Assembly (NCBI RefSeq): GCF_006345805.1
Contig: NC_043025.1
Location: 12,338,001 to 12,402,000 of the forward strand
Length of the DNA: 64,000 bases
From: Octopus sinensis
Lineage: Eukaryota
Reading direction: 5' to 3'
Shown here: piece by piece, positions 61,209 to 64,000 of the stretch
Layout: the number at the start of each line of letters is the position of its first letter
Position numbering within the stretch: the first letter of the stretch is position 1
Notes under the pieces: model-generated
Told to the model about the DNA's origin: nothing
The model's database searches: none
Seen by the model: only the letters and a program-made list of their open reading frames with translations
Made by a program: the position numbers and the translations under genes

Positions 61209-61960
61209 ACTTCAGCTCTGTGAATTGGTGCATTATCATTCTGAAAGATTGCGTTTCCCTCCGGAAACAGTTCCGCAACCATAGGATAAATTTGATCAGA
61301 TAAAATGCTTAAATAGTCTCGACTATTATTCTGCCACGAAGGGAAACCATTGGACCCACAGATTTCTAAGATATAGCCCCACTAGATCCATTACAGATCC
61401 TCCTTCATGTTGGAAGAAGGCAGTCTGGGTCAAATGCTTCTTTTGGTTGTCTCCACACGTATTCTCGGCCAGTGGTCAAAAATAAGGTAAAGGATGACTC
61501 GTCCGAGAGAATAACGTTCTTCCACTGCTCTAGGGACCAATTCTGTAGGTTTTTTACTCCATTCTAAACGCTTTGCAACGTTTGTTTTTGAAAGTAGTGG
61601 TTTTCAGATTGCAGCCCTCCCGTGAAATTTGGATTTGTGCAGCTCCCGGTGAACAGTTTTTGTGGAGACTGGGTTCTTGAGGTGGTCATTAAGCTCTGCA
61701 GTAATTTTGGGAGCTGTACTTTTGTGATCCTTTCTAACAATTCGCGTAAGAGTCCGATGGTCCCTATCTGAAAGTTTTGGTTTTCTTCTGGAGTTTTGTT
61801 TCGCCGAAGAGGTTTTCCCCTCTTTCTCAAAGGCTGTCATTATTTTCGAGACAGTACTTCTTGATACACCAAACATTTCGGCTGTTTTCGTTATGCTAGC
61901 ATATGCCATACGAGCACCAACAATTTGACCTCTTTGAAAGTCCAATAGAGCTGTCATTGA
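61200..61960 (-). pseudogene. Decayed Tc1-family transposase
   Basis: MTALLDFQRGQIVGARM...FGVSRSTVSKI...GRKPKLS-type HTH region and FQNDNAPIH catalytic motif, separated by stops and frameshifts. Confidence 0.88.
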
Positions 61961-63293
61961 TTGGCCTGTATCCCAGTTAAAATTAATTGATTGCTAGCAT
62001 GGGTTGGACGATTTGACTGAGGACTGGCAATCCAGATGGCTGCACCAGACTCCAGTCTGATCTGGCAGAGTTTCTACAGCTGGATGCCCTTCCTAACGCC
62101 AACCATTCCACGAGTGTAGTGGGTGCTTTTTACATGCCACCAGCACGGGGGCCAGTCAGAAGGCGGTGAGCTGGCAGAACCGTTAGCACGCCGGGCGAAA
62201 TGCGTAGCCGTATTTCGTCTGCCGCTACGTTCTGAGTTCAAATTCCGCCGAGGTCGACTTTGCCATTCATCCTTTCGGGGTCGATAATTTAAGTACCTGT
62301 TACGCACTGGGGTCGATGTAATCGACTTAATCCGTTTGTCTGTCCTTGTTTGTCCTCTCTGTGTTTAGCCCCTTGTGGGTAGTAAAGAAATAGGTACTGG
62401 CAACAACCTCCCTCGAATTTTTACACATGGGCCAGTCAGGCGGTACTGGCAACGACCCCGCTCGAACTTTTACACATGGGCCAGTCAGGCGGTACTGGCA
62501 ACGACCTCGCTCGAACCTTTACACATGGGCCAGTCAGGCAGTACTGGCAACGACCTTTTCCTGATGATATCTGAAAAGAAACAGCAATTTCGGCAAAACA
62601 TATTAAGCAACACTAATAATAAATCAAAAACCACAAAAATAAACAAACTTTTGACGGTTTTATAGACATTTCAAAATTACGATGCTACGATGCTAGTTGT
62701 TTCCATTATTTTGTCCAACCTCTGTATGTGTCAGTCCACATATCGATTCGGTTAGTTAATATTTACCCAGCAGTAAAATATCCACAACACTGACAGCCCA
62801 GACAGAGCATTACAAATAAGTACATCGGTAGGTCTACGTTTCAGAGGTGGACTTTGACCTCTCCCACTACACCTTTTTTTTTCGGGTTTTCGTTGAGGAC
62901 TAACCTTGTGACCTGGCTCTCTCGCAGTTATTGTCGGAGTCTTTGTGAACTTTATTGAACGCCAGCACAAAAGAAATAAAACAGCAGGTTTACATAACTC
63001 ACCCAGCGTCAGACGTAACGACCTTTTTCCATTCATTAAATAGACGTCCGCGAGTTTTTGAATGAAAGACAACATAGATACGACGTGCGAAGGGCATCAC
63101 TCATTATTCTTCATACGTCTGAAATATATATATATATATTTTCCTTCTTAAATATCTTTATTTTCCTTTCGGCTGTTAATGCTAGTCTGGGTTTCATGTG
63201 AGGTGAATAGGTGAGTCTCAGAATTTCTATATCTCTTTCTTGACTCACTCCAAACTAACTTTTTTAAACTTCGAAATAAATATAACACACTTT

Positions 63294-63725
63294 GGCGATC
63301 TTTCGTCTCTAGTAGACCTTTCCGTCGATTTCCGTAAAAAATTTTTTTTTTTTTTTACATATGGGCTTGCGGAAACTTTTGAAGTAATATACATACATAT
63401 ACACATACACCGAGTAAAAAATTCCAGTTATCTCTCTCTTTCACACATTACTCTGTCTCTTCACACACACTAACAGAAGCACTTCACTTACACAACATAC
63501 TGTCTGTCTCCCACACCCCATCAAACACACACACACACACACACATGTACATCAATGCTTGCCATGCACGGTAACTTCAAAAGAACTTCCCTCGTCATAC
63601 AATCGCTTTCTCTTAGTCTCTTTCGCTCTCATTACTTCAAAAGTTCCCGCAAGCCCATATGTAAAAAAGAAAAAAAATTTTTTACGGAAATCGACGGAAA
63701 GGTCTACTAGAGACGAAAGATCGCC
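63294..63725. mobile_element. Second foldback element copy, opposite orientation to 21239-21954
   Basis: Same terminal inverted repeats and the reverse-complemented internal sequence. Confidence 0.82.
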
Positions 63726-64000
63726 CTCGGATATTTTCTGTTTGATGGACGGAATTTTCTAGTTAACTAAACAATTTGAAACTTCGTATACTGGTAGAAT
63801 GTGTCAAAAGAAAACATTTTTGTAAACAAAATTGAAAACAAAATTGTAATTTGTAACTTAAACGTAGTTTAATTTTACTCTTCTTTCTCTACATCACTTC
63901 CTGGTGATGGCCATGGTGGGGAATTTTTTCAAGATTATTGCCTTGCTCATTTTCCGCCTATGTAGCTCTGTTGGCTGTGGAGGCACATGGCCTAGTGGTT

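Overview
AT-rich, repeat-saturated animal genomic DNA. The SINE families, (TA)n/(CA)n density and gene content point to an octopod cephalopod (inference). Genes read by hand: (1) last coding exon of a phospholipase B-like (PLBD2-type) gene, + 2256-2450; (2) a complete 11-exon TTC5 gene, - 22123..4987, 442 aa, all intron phases consistent; (3) a 7-exon gene for a secreted ~330-aa protein, - 39320..28518, whose C-terminus resembles the transcobalamin beta (DUF4430) domain; (4) SDHAF1 (+ 49712-50017) followed 377 bp later by an intronless TAMM41 (+ 50395-51585). The rest is four SINE-like families, CR1/RTE LINE fragments, a decayed Tc1 transposase, Helitron, mariner and piggyBac-type MITEs, a foldback element, a tRNA-Val(TAC) pseudogene and micro/minisatellites. 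Most listed ORFs are microsatellite or repeat artefacts. Best lead: a ~370-bp tandem array in TTC5 intron 2 (17.5-18.8 kb) whose units fold as a type I hammerhead ribozyme with a palindromic helix III, a compensatory C3G/G8C core swap and a possible loop-II pseudoknot, i.e. a candidate retrozyme or self-cleaving satellite. Other leads: three dispersed minimal hammerhead motifs, the SDHAF1-TAMM41 pair, and a ~27-copy satellite built from a CR1 3' end. No searches or folding programs were run. Family names rest on recalled motifs, and repeat boundaries are approximate.
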